Part shown: in pieces, positions 48,807-62,637 of the stretch
Position numbering within the stretch: the stretch's first letter is position 1
How the letters are laid out: every line of letters starts with the position of its first letter
Assembly (NCBI GenBank): GCA_008632985.1
Contig: QPGO01000007.1
Coordinates: 434,001 to 498,000, forward strand
From: Psammoneis japonica
Taxonomy: Eukaryota
DNA length: 64,000 nucleotides
Direction of reading: 5' to 3'
Program-made: the position numbers and the translations under genes
Notes under the pieces: generated by a model
Databases searched by the model: none
What the model was told of the DNA's origin: nothing
Seen by the model: the letters and a program-made list of their open reading frames with translations, nothing else

Positions 48807-49861
48807 TCAATTTCGTGACGACGGCAATGTAGAAGCGCCAGAGTCACGCGCACAGTTCCAGCCTGATGACTGTGGCCATCGCCATCTCCATCGAATCATC
48901 GCATGGCGCATATAGTCATCATTCGAACGAAGCTCGTCCCATTGTATCTGTACCAGACCACAATTCGGAAATTCGTGCTTTCGAAAGTATGTAGCATCCC
49001 ATCCCAGGGCTGTTCCTAACAAGGCTTGTCCGAGGGAACCATGGCAGACGAGAAGCGAACACTGCTGAGCATTCTTCTTCTCGCCCTTGAATCGGGACTC
49101 ACGTTCTAGCTTATGGATTTCTTCCCAAACACTGCCAGCTCTCTCCCATAGTTCTAATAGAGGTCGACGTTTCCTCGGCTTATCACCTGCATCATCTTTG
49201 CCTCCTATGCTTTTCGAGTGATCATTCACGACAAATCGATCTGGGTCACCAACTTCCCATGCATGGAACGAGTCGGGGTATTTTCGTTCTAGTTCTTTCT
49301 TGTTGCATCCCTCCCATTCGTACAGATCAATTTCTCGCAAATTTACCAACACAATTTCGTTTAACGGGAGCTCACAATGCTTCTTTACAATCTCCAGCGT
49401 TTCGCGAGCTCGAGTCAGTGGTGAAACGTACACGGTGCCAATTTCGTCGATGTTTCGCAGCGCTTGCCGAGCAGCCCTACAGCCTGAGTCTTTCCCAGAT
49501 CTGTCAGTCTTGAAAAATCAGAAGACCCTTGAATAAACCCACCAGCGTTTGCGTCGGTTTCTCCGTGACGAAGAATGTAAAAGGAATGAGGCATTCTGTC
49601 GGTGGGAGTTTCACACTGGGAGAGCTAGAAAATTTAGCAAAAGCACCAGAGTTTGCTCTATCCGGTTTTGAAAGGGTTGTCCAATGAAACGCAATCGTAG
49701 CAGCTGCTTTGGTTACTACACCGACCCAACGATCCAATAGACAATACCAGTTGACAATGTAATGGCAAACTGGTAGCATCAGCTCGGTCAACAGTCGAGT
49801 CAACAGGCAAACAACAATCAACAGGCGACAGACAAGCGCGGTCCGTCCGCCCGGCCACCAT
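48807..49861 (-). CDS. Histidine phosphatase / phosphoglycerate mutase family (indels in 5' part)
   Basis: ILRHGET at ~49557-49577, SPLTRARET, LREIDLYEWEG, LLVCHG, FPNCG; start approximate. Confidence 0.85.
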
Positions 49862-49997
49862 CAAGGATACGTCATCATGACGTATGCTTCAATGCGGGAC
49901 TCAAAAGATGCGTTCTCGAGACTGGCCGACTGCGCCGCCGACCGCCGACACGACTGGAGCACTTGACGACACGACTTGCATTGACACAACACTGTAA

Positions 49998-52065
49998 ATG
50001 TCTTCTACTGCAGAAGTCTTAGATCTCAAGCGACGTGCAGTCGCCTTGAAACGAGAGGGTGATGTGAAAGGTGCAGTTGAGTTGCTGCGACAGGCAAAAC
50101 AGCTAGAGCAGCAGCAGAAAGAGGGTGCAGCGGAGCCGAGCGGTAGTCAGACTGTCGAACCAAAGAAACATGTATCCAGTCAAAAAGACGCACAGCACCA
50201 GCAACAGTCGGGGGAGGCATCGATACAAGAACAAGAGACCTCACCACCGCCAGAAGAAGTCGAGGAGGACGAAGATGTTGTTTTAGAAGAAGACGAAGAT
50301 TTGGGAGAACTGATGCTAGAGGACGGGCAGATTACCTACACAGACGAAGAAATGAGAAATTGTGAAATGATGACAGAATTCAAATTGGGAGGAATGCCGG
50401 TGCCCTCCAACGACGAGTATGAAGCAAAGATCATAGCCACCAAGAAGAAAGCTCTGGCTCTCAAGAATGCCGGAGACATTGCGGGAGCGAAAAAGGAATT
50501 GGCTTGTGCCAAGCAATTGGAAAGCGTTAGAATTGCCCTGTCTCACATGAATGAAGGATTGGGATTAAGAATCAACGAAGACAATGATGGTTGGTTGGAA
50601 GAGCTGTCCGAGCCGGATAGCGCTCTAGTTGGAAACATTCTGAACAAGAATAACACCCACGCTGCAATGGTTCTCGATATGGATGACATTGATACCATGA
50701 GTCCAGAAGACTCTCTGACGCGATAGAAATGGGCATGGAATTGCCTACCGTGGAAGATATCATGGCTAAAGCAAACGAGAAAAAGTCTCTTGCCTTACAA
50801 TACAAACAGCAAGGAGACTTGGAAGGGGCCAGAACAGCGTTGCTAGCTTATAAGGAGCTTCAGGCTGCCGCTTCAAAGGTACAGTCGTTGAAACAGCAAA
50901 AGAACGAAAATCTTCAGGAGAAACTGGGAAGAAATCTCAATGGAGGCGCTAGAGTCTCTGGTCGAGGAAGCGAGCGGAGACAAAAGCAAATGAAACCAGA
51001 GCCGAAAAAGGCGCCGCCGACAAAGTCAGCCGCGAGCTCCGACAGGAGGCGGTCCGGCTTCGGAACGAAAAAAAGATAAAGGAAGCAACTCAGGTCCTGA
51101 AGCTGTACAAGGCAGCACTACAAAAGGAGGCGGAAGCTGCTGAGAAGAAGCGTGGCGAAGAAATGGTTGAAACTATTCGCAAAGAGATTGTGGTTGCGGA
51201 GCATCAACGGCGTTTCTTCCAATTCTACCAAAGGTTTGTTGACGAAAACTTAGGGAGCGAGCAAGTGAAATGTTGGAACGATTACATCCAAAAATGCGAG
51301 GATGCAATCAAGATGGTTGTGACTAAGGGAGCGAAAGCTGTAGCTATTTCCCGAACGAAGGAAAGTGGTGCACTGTACATTCCTGCTGAGAAGCTTGTGG
51401 ATTTTGTCGAAGGCGGTGCAGATATGTCAGATGAGCGGTTGGAGGTTGCCATACTGGATGTGAAAAATATTCAAGACAACAAAGCTTTTCGAAAGTTGGT
51501 TCGTGGTAGTGGGAAAGAAGCAGAAGTCTCAACCCCGTGTCACATTCTAAAGGTTGAAATCACTATCCAAATCCCTCCATCTGAGACGGAGAGGGATAGA
51601 TCTGTGGAGCTGCTTTTCGAATCGGCCCCGTGTACAGAATCAGGTTCCTCTTATTTCCATGAAGAAAAGTCTCAGTTTGTCAAGCTTCCACGAGATGATT
51701 CCAAATTTGTAAACGCATTACTCCGGCGAATGGAAAGGAGAAAGATACAAATCGGAGTGTATCACGTGCCTCATGAGTTGAAGCGAAAAGGCTGGTTTGG
51801 TACCAGATCTAGTGGAAGTAGTGCGCCCAATGATACAGCTACTCTGCTCGGGAAGGTTGTGTTGGAGCTCAAGGAACTGCTGAAGAGGAAATGTGTTGCT
51901 GGCGACTTTCCTCTCATGACATCGACAAGGTCTGCAGGTGGTGTGGTGGGTTTGGTAGTAAGAACAGGTGTACCCTTCGACAAGGATCAGCTTGAGACGA
52001 CAGGAGTAGAAACAGCGGTATTGGAGCAGTTCGAGCAGATGCATTTTGTTACTTCGGCAGAGTAG
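49998..52065 (+). CDS. CC2D1/Lgd-like protein (DM14-like repeats + C-terminal C2-like domain), frameshifted
   Basis: Repeated K..A..LK..GD..GA...L..AK.LE helices; C-terminal LLGKVVLELKELL...GGVVGLVVR. Confidence 0.6.
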
Positions 52066-52619
52066 TCACTACAGCAACTTGGCAAGATAATGATAGTCTA
52101 GCCCAAGGTGTGAGCGCCCCTAAATAAAAGGTACGAGTAAGCACTTTAACTCCTTCTCGAGAGGCATCCACCGTAGTAGCTACCGTAAGAGTATTCTTCC
52201 TCTATCTCTAGAGAGAGCTACCTATGACAGAGAGCCCACTCTAGTATAGCCACGGTGGGATGGTGGTAGAAGTAGAAGCATGGCTGGTCCTTCTCGAGAG
52301 GAAACTGAAAATTGGAAACCTTTTGCACGGAAAGCGTTCGGATAGACGACCTGACGACAGCCAGACATATTCCAGTCCGTCCGTCCGTCTACCCTTTTCT
52401 CTGCATGCGCACAATTTCGCGATCGACGCCGGATGAAGTCGAGTGATTCGTCTGTGCAGAATCCGGATGGCCCATGCTGGATGACCTCCATGGTCTGTAG
52501 GACGGAAGAAGCGGCATCTCACACCATGAGCGACGATGCGGTTGCGGTTGTTGCCACATTATTTTTGTCACCGACACTACACCAACCAGCATACTCGATC
52601 ATTTGCATCAGACAGCGCA

Positions 52620-53443
52620 ATGAGCCCAGATACAATCATTCGTTACTTTAGCTATGGCGCCATGGTCAATTCAGTGAGCAGATCGCGTCGGAAGCTCGCT
52701 TCTGTAAACGAGCGTCCCGCCATGTTGCCGAATTACAAGGTCGTCTTTACTAATGGCACGGGGGATGTAGTTGCTCAAGAAGACGAAACTGTTCATGGAT
52801 TACTTATGGAATTTCACAGAGAAGAAGATTGGGAAGCGATTAAGAATTTGAGAGTGGTTACGAGGTGTGCCAAGCGAACGTGATCCCATACTCCAGAGGT
52901 GAGGATGGATCCATCAACGAACAAGAGCCTGTACAAGCTCGCTTTTTTCATTTTGATGGCAATGCAGTCGGTAAAGCTCTGCCTACAGAGCGTTATCTAC
53001 GTATAATTGCCATGGGTTTGGAGGAGCATGGCGTTGATCCGCAATATGTGAGTTGGTTGCAAGCTCAGCCCTGCGTACCATCGGTGAAACCAGAAGACTA
53101 TTTAGTAATGGAGAAAGCAGCAGGTGAATTGCCAACTATCAGCATAGAAGAGTATATGCAGAGGGCAAAGGCTGAAAATCTTTTTGTCTTGAGCCGCAAC
53201 AAGGTTGGGCAGCTCCAAACGTTTGATGCGGCCTTTTCCAAGTGGATTATCAGCAACGCAATTGGCAAACCCCCGTGCTTAGGCTGGACTTTGTACAACC
53301 TGCTGTACGAACCCAACCTGCCGCATTGCGAGACAGCAGCTGACCTTACCGATGCACACCATCAATTTGCAGAACATGAGTTCTGCCTCTACTCCAAGAC
53401 TGGCAAATGTAAGGTATCGCACGTGATGAATTTGGAGACCTAG
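52620..53443 (+). CDS. Gamma-glutamylcyclotransferase-like protein (frameshift ~52850)
   Basis: YFSYGAMVN, VHGLL, PTERYLRII..G.EEHGV..YV motifs. Confidence 0.7.
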
Positions 53444-53639
53444 AGTGGCAGACATCGTCGAGGCACGAACATGAGTGAGACGAGCCCCCGGTGGTGTATT
53501 GTTGAGAGCTACAGAGTTTGCTGGAAACTTATTGCTATTTTTACATGTCAGACTCTTTGTATGTGTGCTTATCAATTCTCAAAGAAAGACAGAAGCTATG
53601 GTTGAGAGGTGGGCTTAATGAGAAACCGGCCGAAAGTTA

Positions 53640-55969
53640 ATAAAGACCACTTTTCTGTTACATACTTTGAACGGAAGCGCATTGCTCGTCGATCTTAACC
53701 AGCCTTGCTCGAAATTTCATACACAGAAACACTTCCCACATTGAAAACTCTCGAATCAAAGTCAGAGAGAGGTGCACTGCAAGCAACTCGATGCCGTCAG
53801 GGGACAGAGCAACATCCCAACCGAATCGATCGCCTTGTTCGGCGCCATTGAGACTCCCTGGAGTTGATTCCAGGACCCTGCAACGGCACTGTACTCGAAA
53901 ACGGTCACCTGGCCGGTTGCAACATCATTGTTCGTTTTGAAGGGGCTCCCCACCGCCAATGTTTACCTCCGGCAGAAAGAGCTACCGAGTACCCAAAACT
54001 GTCAAAGCTAGAGTCACCCATTAAGGTTTCACCCAGCATTACCATTCACTTGAGTCACGTGCGAATTGATACACCTGCACATACCCAAGTTTCCTTGGCT
54101 GTTGACCCAATGGCAACAACAGAGCCATCGGCATTCATTGATACACTATGCCCGAATCGATCTCCAGGCGCCCTACCGTAGATGGGCTGCCCTACTTGGA
54201 TCCATTCCAAGCCTTGCAAGTCATACACTTTTACCTGACCGGTGAAATCAGCCGTTCCACCTCCAGACAACTCATTGCTACCAATTGCTCCAACAATTAG
54301 ACGTTCTCCGTTGGCCGAAACAGCGATGGACGATCCAAAAAGACTGAACGCCGCAATACCTTCAATGATTCCGCCAAGCTGGGTCCAAGATCCGTTGACA
54401 AATTATATACACGACCGCACCGCTGTCAACACCTGAATTCCGTCAGCGCGGAGACCCGATTGCAATCGTTGTCGCGTTTGCCGACAACGAGACCGCACTA
54501 CCGAATTCCGCCTCACTACTGATCGTGGCTTCAAGCAGGCTACCAACAACAGTCCATTCACTCGAAAGCTATCACCGTTTTTTGGAAGCATATATTGCAC
54601 CTGTCCTCGATTTTCCCAGCCTGGTGCCCCGACGGCAACCATCATGCCGTCTGGTGTCATTGAAATGGAGCTGCCAGCTCTAGACCCAACGCTAGGGCCC
54701 TTCATTTCTGCAGCTACAGACCACTCTGCACCGTCCCAATCCATAACGAGGACTTTTCCAATCTGAAGTCTATTGGCGCCTTCGTACCACGCAGGAACTC
54801 CAACGGCGACACGATTCCCGTTAGCACCAAAAGACACGACGTGGCCAAACTGAAAATCGTCATCCCGACTAGGATCGATCAAGGCCGACCCGACTGCCTT
54901 CCAACCTATGAGAGATTCTACGTCTGCACTTGAGGATGAGGACCCCCCAAGACCTGTCGTCGTTGCGACAACAACTACCACAACAACGGCGATCAACCCA
55001 ATACCGACAATATAATGCGCTGCCAGAGGTTTCGTTTTGGTGTCTCTTCTTCTTCTGGGACTACCGCGGCGTCCACCAGTTCTCCCATAGGGCGGGTTGT
55101 TCTCCTTCACCTTGAGAGTGGAACCCTGCAAAAGTTTCTTGGTGTGTTAAATCAACAATTTGGGGGACTACACCGGTTGACGGGTCAACAACGTGGGACC
55201 AAACGTCCTCGTCTTCATCGTCTGGCCCAACGGCAAAAGCTCCTGGTACGTCACTGTACATTGCTATACCAGCCAACAGGTCAGGGTCATCAACAGCGTC
55301 GTCTTGGTCTAAGTGGTCGTGTCTCATTTCATCGTCATCGTCAGAATCCATGATGAGGATCCTTCAGTAGCTGAAGGTGGCTCGTCCGCATCCTGATCTC
55401 GTCCAAACTCAAAAGTACTTTCATGTGGTGTTATTGTAACAGCCAAAGGAGGTGGTGGCGGCTTGATGATTTCCATCTTTTCGTTATGTTCGCGTTCTGC
55501 GATAGACATGGCGACCACTCTAGAGATTCTGGCTTGATGTACGTCACTTGGTATGCTACTTTTTGGATCGCAATCGTCGCCCCCCTCCGCATCATTGTAG
55601 CTTCTTGCAAAGTTTCAAATACGGTGTTTTGAATCATTGGAATCCCTGCGTCAACTTGCTCCTCCTCGACAAGTGACGAAAGCATACCCACGCAATCACG
55701 CGACTTGAACTGCGACTAGTCCTCCATGATGATGATCAAAACTGCCATCATCACTGCTGAAATCCCCGACAGTTGGCTTTCTTGATCATACGAGGAGCTG
55801 AGAAGCAAATCAGACGAGGAGTCGACATCACTACATTTGTGAAAGCAGCTGAAGAATCCGATTGCGTGGTGGAGTATTGTTCTGTCGCAGAGCTTTGTTG
55901 TGAAGCAGCGGTAGATATCGCCTCCTCATCAGTGACAGACCTTTCGCTGTCCGATTTCTCATCTGACAT
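53640..55969 (-). CDS. Type II membrane protein with FG-GAP-like beta-propeller repeats (multiple indels)
   Basis: PGAFAVG motif, TM helix (IVGIGLIAVVVVVVVA), repeats FGHVVS..ANGNRVAVG, FGHSVSMNADGSVVAIG, GQVKVY; ends approximate. Confidence 0.65.
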
Positions 55970-56762
55970 TCTTGTTATTTACTTGCTCATATTTGGGAAT
56001 CCATTCGTTTCCAGTATTTGACAGTGTAGGGAATCGGTAACCACACGAGAAGACATCTGGCGTACAGTAGGGATACTGTTTCAAGTTATTCTAAGTTTCA
56101 AAGGCTGTTGCTTGTTTTGGTTTACGCTGATGGAATGATGGAACCCAAGCTTCAAGAGGTTGGCTGGAGCGGAGGTGCAGAGCTTGGAGGGAGCTCGTCA
56201 GCGATTTGAGGGGAAAATCATACCGGGGTGCGGTTCCTCAGAGGTAGAACTTCACGTGCTTTTTCCTCTGCCGGGTAGAATATGGAGAGAGGGGGTTGCC
56301 CCCCTTCCTCCCCCGCACTGGGCATCGTGCATCTCGCAAAATCGTTGCAATGTTAACTTCATTGGGAGAAAGAATACTTTTCCTTGCAATCCATGCTGTT
56401 GCAAAGCCGCGAACGACAAAAGTTGTGCACAAGGGAGCAAGATTTAAGTGGATTCCAAAAAGAGAGCCTTCGAGGCTATTGGAGCTGGATCCAGAGGGTG
56501 CATAAGAGAGACGAGCAGCTAGTCTACCGAATTGGGGGGAAGAAAACGGCTGAAATTGAATCAGAATGATCGATAGTATCAAGTTTGATGGATTGGGAGA
56601 GCTACTCAGTGGCAGCTATGTAGAAAAGTACTAAAACGCCCTGTTGCTGTAGTTTTTAGAGTACAATAGAAAATTGCTTTCATTGAAATGAGAAGAACGA
56701 ACACCACAAGGCCAGCCAGCAAAGGGATGTAGTTCCGAAAACTGCGCTCCTTGAGACTATCA

Positions 56763-57741
56763 TCATGTGCAGCCATAGTTTTGTTCAAATTCATCCAACT
56801 CAGGAAATCCGACAACGCGCTTCACATCTTCCAACGAGGCAAGCGTGTCGGAGGATACGAGACCGCCGTTTGCGAAAAGATCCGTTGCCGTCTTCTGGAG
56901 GATTGCCACCGTTGCCTGCAAAGGCGTGACTCCAAACAACGCTAAAGAGTACCCCGTACTTCCAATTTCTGGCGCTGATAACACTCTATTGTCGTTATTC
57001 CAGTCTGTACTTGCGCAAGCATTAAGATGGTGTCGTCTCTCAACGATTCCCTCAGAGCCATGTATTCGTCTTCGCTCTGGAGGTTTTCGGCATAGACAAT
57101 GTCAGCGCCGAGTTCTTCAAATATTTTACATCTCTCAATAGCTTCCTCAAGCCCCATTGCCATTCTACAATCAGTACGAGCAATGACTGCGATAGAGTTT
57201 CCATCTCGCTCAAAAGCTTCCTCTCTTGCTCGAAGCGCAGTTTGTATTCTCTTGGTCGCCTCTTGTCTAGACACGACATTGACAGACTGCCGGCAACGTA
57301 GGTGCATCGTTTTGGAAATTTCTGGTCCTCAATCGACACTGCAGCAGCCCCCATTTTTGCCAAGTTGCAAATCAGCTTTCGCAAGTTCGATGCACCACCA
57401 AAGCCCGTGTCACCGTCTACAACGACCGGGATGCTGCAAGCTGAAATTATATGCCAAGCAGTATCTTCCATTTCAGATCGTGTCAATATTCCGGCATCTG
57501 GTTCTCCCAATCGACTGGCTGATACACCAAATCCACTCACAAACAAAGCTGGAGCACCTTGTTGCTCCATGATCTTTGCGGACAACACGTCGTGGACGCC
57601 GACAAGAGGAACAGCTCGATTTTCATTGTTTGCAACCGAAAGCAAGTCTAAGAATCTCTGGGAATTTGAAGGTGCCTTGGAACTCGCAAGTCCTCCGCAG
57701 AATGGGATAAACAACATCAGCAACCACCCAATCATGTCCAT
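56763..57741 (-). CDS. PEP mutase / isocitrate lyase superfamily protein with signal peptide (indels)
   Basis: GVHDVLSA, FVSGFGVSAS.LG.PDAG, VDGDTGFGG, IEDQKFPKRC, IARTD, GAD.VYAE. Confidence 0.85.
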
Positions 57742-57992
57742 GTTGAGAGCGACGTGATACAAAACAGAGCAAAAGTGCGAAGCTGCGCCTGCAGAAAAGA
57801 TGAGTGGCGTTGTCATCTTGTCAGTAAATATTTGAAATCATGAACTTGGTTTTCGTGTGAAGTACGGGTACGTAGCGATGATATCGACCGCGCGAGCGCG
57901 GCGCGCGATAACGAGATCCAAAAGCACATAAACCCAAAAAGGAAACTCAATCGGCGTCACCGCGTTTCATCACAATGGCGCAAGCAGAAGAC

Positions 57993-58892
57993 ATGCTCCG
58001 CCCCAACAGCTTTCATCTTCTCCTCACCTTGTCATCCGTGACAGCCTGGAGTCCAACAACAACAAGACTTGCTTCTACCCGTCTCTTTTCAACAAAAATG
58101 CCCTCGGAAAAGAATAACGAACTCTTTTTATTTGATTTTGACGGTGTCGTTTGTGATAGCTGCGATGAATGCACGTATCGGCGTTGCGTACATGCCGCAA
58201 GTTGGGCGTTTTGCCGTCTGCTCAGAATATCCATCGCAATGGCTCTTTGATCATATGCGAGCAATTCGTCCTGCGATTTACGTGGGTTGGCAAATTCCCG
58301 TGATGCTGTCGGTGTTTTTGGAACACGGCGATGAAATGTCGGTCCAAGAAATCATTGCAAATTACGAATCACTTGTGGAGCAAAGGCTCAAAAAATGGAA
58401 CAAGACCGAACACGACATGATTGAGACCTTTGGTGGTGTTCGAGATGCATGGATAAAGGATGATTTGGAGTCGTGGCTTGATATAAACAAATTTTACGCC
58501 GGGGTGCCAGAGGCGCTTGACAGTTGCAAAGGCGAGGCCGTGCTAGTCACAACAAAGCAGCAAAGATTTGCTACTGCTCTTTGTCGTCATGCCGGTATCA
58601 GTCAAGAGGCTCTCCCGGACGACGATATTTATGGACTTGGCATGTACAAGAAGAAGAGTGACGTGATTGTGGACAGAATGAAAGCTGGAGGTACTCACCT
58701 GAAGAAACTCGGTTCTTTGAGGACAGGTGGCCTACTCTTGCAAAGTGTGTCAAGGACGAAAGGCTGGATGGTGTCAAGCTCTATCTTGCTAGTTGGGGAT
58801 ATGTGACCAAAGAAGAGCTTGAGCTGGCAAGTGCTGAACCGCGAGTGGAGGTCATTGGACTGGATGACTTTGGAAAGATTGTCGGCTCATGA
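57993..58892 (+). CDS. HAD-superfamily hydrolase, probable plastid presequence (indels)
   Basis: Signal peptide ending VTA-W, LFDFDGVVCDS motif I, VTTKQQRF, F.EDR and WGY motifs across frames. Confidence 0.8.
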
Positions 58893-58984
58893 AAGTCACG
58901 ACGTGTAAATCGCGAGGTTCATTCACCAACCTCGAGTGAATCTATAAATATTACACTCGCTTTACAGGTTGTTTCACTTAGACT

Positions 58985-60133
58985 TTAGGAAAGGGTCGCT
59001 TTAAGAGTATCCAAAGTCGCTTGCCAAGAATCCTTGGCAGACTTCGCGTGGTATGCAAAAGCCGGATTTGGATTGAAGTCCTGAGCTGGGTTGGTGAAAC
59101 CGTGGTGTGCTTCTGACATGGATGTCAGTTGGACATTATGCCCATGACTGACAAATGTGTCTACTGCTGTTTCCAAATCAGATTGCGATACAAATGGGTC
59201 TTTTGCCCCATTGAAAATCAGCACACGGGCACATGTCGCGTCAGCACGGCTCTTTTCCTCTGCTGTTGCTTTCCGCGTTGGCGGGATACCGTCAAATACG
59301 CCATGAAACGTTGCCATGGCACAAATACCTGGATAATTCATGCGCCCTAATTCTAGAATAGGATGGCCTCCGAAACACCATCCCATGGCCGCTAACCGAC
59401 CGGGATCCACCTCGTTTGGAGCACATTCCAGCAAGGCATCAACTGCAGCTCTGATCCTCATTTGAAGAATAGTGCGTTCACCAGACTCTTGGTCACGTCC
59501 AAGAACATGGTCTCGTGCCTTGTTGTAACGCGTCCGGTCAGGACTCCATGACCATCCAGATTCATCCGACAAAAGGTCCGCAATCAGCACAACGCAGCCC
59601 CTGTCGTGAAACGAGGAAGTGACGAGTGAATCGGCTTTCCACTGCAAAAACAATCGTGGGGTCCTGCGGCTGTATGAAAAGAAGGATTCCGGTACTTTTC
59701 AAGTCGAATCGTCTGACACTGATAACTTTCTACGCACAACATAGCCATACAACGGATCACCCACTTCGTCACGATATGTAATCTGCCTGACTTCGCTTTC
59801 ACAGCGCGCTTCTTCGTTGTCAGATTGTCTTTCAGAGAGGCTATTTCTCCATTCTTCTTGAACAGCCATGACGTAGTCGGTATCTTTAGCCATTTGAGCC
59901 GAAAATGGTAGACGACCTTGTTGCGGTGTTAACAGTAAAGAAGGCTCGACATCTAGGCAGTTTGGTGTCATCGAAAACCAATCGTCGACCATGTTGCTGT
60001 CTCGCAGTTTAAATCTCTTGTCTTTGTTTCGATAATACAAAAAACTATATCGAGACATCAGATAGTACGAAACTTAGTGTAAGGCTTTGGCGCTAGCAAG
60101 AAGAGGTATAATCAAGCGACGTGCCAATCTCAT
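58985..60133 (-). CDS. Dienelactone hydrolase family protein (indels)
   Basis: GWCFGG nucleophile, TFHG, NGAKDPFV, AHHGFTNP; start approximate. Confidence 0.85.
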
Positions 60134-60417
60134 CGTCCTGAGCTGAGACGAGAGACAATCGAAAAAGAAAAAAAAGGCTGTCAATCACGAGTCTGTCACG
60201 AGTCGATTTCAGATCTTTTATATATATCCGGACTTGAGGAAACGTTAATGAAAGATCGTACACTCACTCGTGAGTGCACGGCTCCGAATTCGCGACGACC
60301 GAGTCGTGCTTTCCTCCTCATCAAAGATAGCGACCAGATCTTTCCCTCGCTCACTCATCCGAAAAGGCACCAGAGCTCACATAATCTTTTTGCAAAGCTA
60401 AAATATAAACCAGAACA

Positions 60418-62164
60418 ATGTTGTTTGAAGCAAACGAAGCCTTCCTATCTAAGCTAGAGGGAAAGTCAGTAGTTGATGGCCTTGACCGTCCCATCCAAGA
60501 GCACCTTCATTGCCGTTCCGAAGGAAGAGCTGCACTGTTTGACTTGTCTTTTCTCATTCAGGTAGGTTCATATCTCGTGTGTGTTATAAAGTTACGATAT
60601 ACAAAATGGCTTCTGAAATGAAATATAAATCTACTGTATCGTATTTTCTTAATGCTTGTTCTTCAACAACAGATATCTTGGCGTGGAAAAGACTGTATTG
60701 AGTTCCTGGAGAGAATTCTTGTGGGAGACATTGCCTCTCTAAAACATGGCGCGTGTATCTTGTCCGTCATGACGAATGAAACGGGAGGGATCGTCGACGA
60801 CGCAATCATCACAAATGTTGGAGATCACTTTGTCATGACCACTCACGACCGATACGAAGAGCATTTCAACAAGCAGTTGGAAATATTCGGCGGCGAAGTT
60901 GAAATGGAGTACTTTCACCATTCCATCTTGGCCCTACAAGGTCCCGGCTCGCCCTCTGCAATGGAGAAGCTACTTCCACCTGACTTTGACTTGGAACGCA
61001 TGGCGTTCATGTCCAGCAAAGAAACTCGTCTTCTTGGTAACGCGGAAGTTTGTCGCATTGCTAGGTAAGGATGACAGCTGTACTTGCTTGAGAACAGGCA
61101 TCATCGCATGCGATTGACACTGCCACTTACTAACCAATTGTCATTGTCTTTTTGTTGCAGATGCGGATTTACAGGCGAGGACGGCTTTGAGCTTCACATC
61201 CCTACTATCAAGTCGGCTGTCTTGATTGCATCCAAGCTCTTGGAAGACCCCAGCGTGATGCCAGGAAGCTTGACAGCTTTGAACACCCTCCGCCTTGAGG
61301 CAGGTCTCTGTGCCAAGGGCAAGGAGTTGGGTGAATCGGTGAGCCCTGTTGAGGCAAGCTTGGGCTGGACCATCTCACGTCGCCGACGTCAAGAGGGTGG
61401 ATTCTTGGGTGCTGATCGTATTCTCACAGAAGATGGCAGACTTCAAAAGGCGACACGAAAGCTCGTGGGCATTGTATGCCCGACCGAGGTCCCGGAGGAG
61501 AGCACCGAAATACTCGATGCGACAGGACGCGTCATTGTAGGTCAAGTCACGTCGGCCGCGTTCAGTCCCTGTCTCAACACGCCAATTGCCATGGCATATG
61601 TGGAAACGGCGTTCGCGAAAACGGCGGCGACGTCCTCTTTAAAACCTTCCTTGCGGATGGCATAGGTTACAAAGTCCACAAGGCTCAGGTGATGAAGCCG
61701 GCTTTTGTCAAAACACGGTTCTACCGCATGCCCGACAAGAGTCAGCATCACAAAGATGCAGAGCGTTCTCTGACGACTATTCGTGATCCTGCTACTGGCG
61801 AATTGTTCGAGATCCCTCGACTCAAAGATCAGAACGAAGAATGCAAGATGCACCAGGCCCAAGTAGCAACAACTCCCCCCGAAGTTAATGAGGATCGTCC
61901 TTTGGTGAAGTGCGCGATCCCGCTACGGGCGAGGTGTTCGAGAGCCCTCGCCACGTTGCCACCACCACCATGTACGAGGCCCAGGTGGTGGAGGAGGCGC
62001 CCTTCCTCGACGCTTCATGTGAGAGTCCCGGCATCATCACCCATACCAACAAGACATTTATGGACCAGGAGTCGGTGAAGTCGCCCTTCGTCAAAGCTCC
62101 CTTCGAGATCGTTGGCGGTACAGTCACACCGATCATGTTAGCTCGGCATGCACGAGTTCAGTAG
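60418..62164 (+). CDS. Glycine cleavage T-protein (aminomethyltransferase)-like; introns 60562-60672 and 61065-61160; C-terminal extension
   Basis: EHLHCR...LFDLS, NETGGIVDD, LALQGP, RCGFTGEDGFE, LRLEAGL, SPCL..PIAMAYV; canonical GT-AG introns. Confidence 0.85.
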
Positions 62165-62637
62165 AAGTAGCCACTAATGTCCAGAGTAGTAGTGCCATGA
62201 AGATGTCCAGCTTCCGTGTAAAGCACTTGAAATGAAAGCCGCCTTGGCCAAAACGCTAACTTCGAAGTGGCAAGTACTCACTATTCGACTTTATCAGCCA
62301 TTTTGTAAATACCCATTCATCTACCAAGATATCCGTAGGCCTAAATCCGGTTGGTAACTCTGTAAAGTACAGAAGGCCCTACAGTAGCAGGGTTCATGCT
62401 TGAAGCTTGTGGATCTACAATGGCATTCAATTAGTTTCCCATTATCCCAGCTTCACTTGGCATCTCTCGCGAAGGCTTCAATGACGCAACTGCGTCTTTG
62501 CTTTCAGTTTGGATCAGATTGATACCATGTCCTCCGCGAAGTCTGCCAAAACAACATCCTGCACCTAGAGTGATGCAGCACGCCAGATTTGGTCTGGAGA
62601 CATTACTCAAATTTGTTTTTCTTGGAATAACGAAGCA

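Larger units (their letters stand above)
47024..49730 (+). repeat. Segmental direct repeat, copy B
   Basis: Aligns with 24818-27581; begins inside the 3' part of the 2OG oxygenase gene. Confidence 0.95.

Noticed and set aside
7865..62164. Frameshifts in many otherwise intact genes read as pseudogenes or programmed frameshifting
   Set aside because: They are scattered single-base indels, often in short homopolymers and without accompanying nonsense decay; most simply long-read consensus errors. Needs polishing to confirm.
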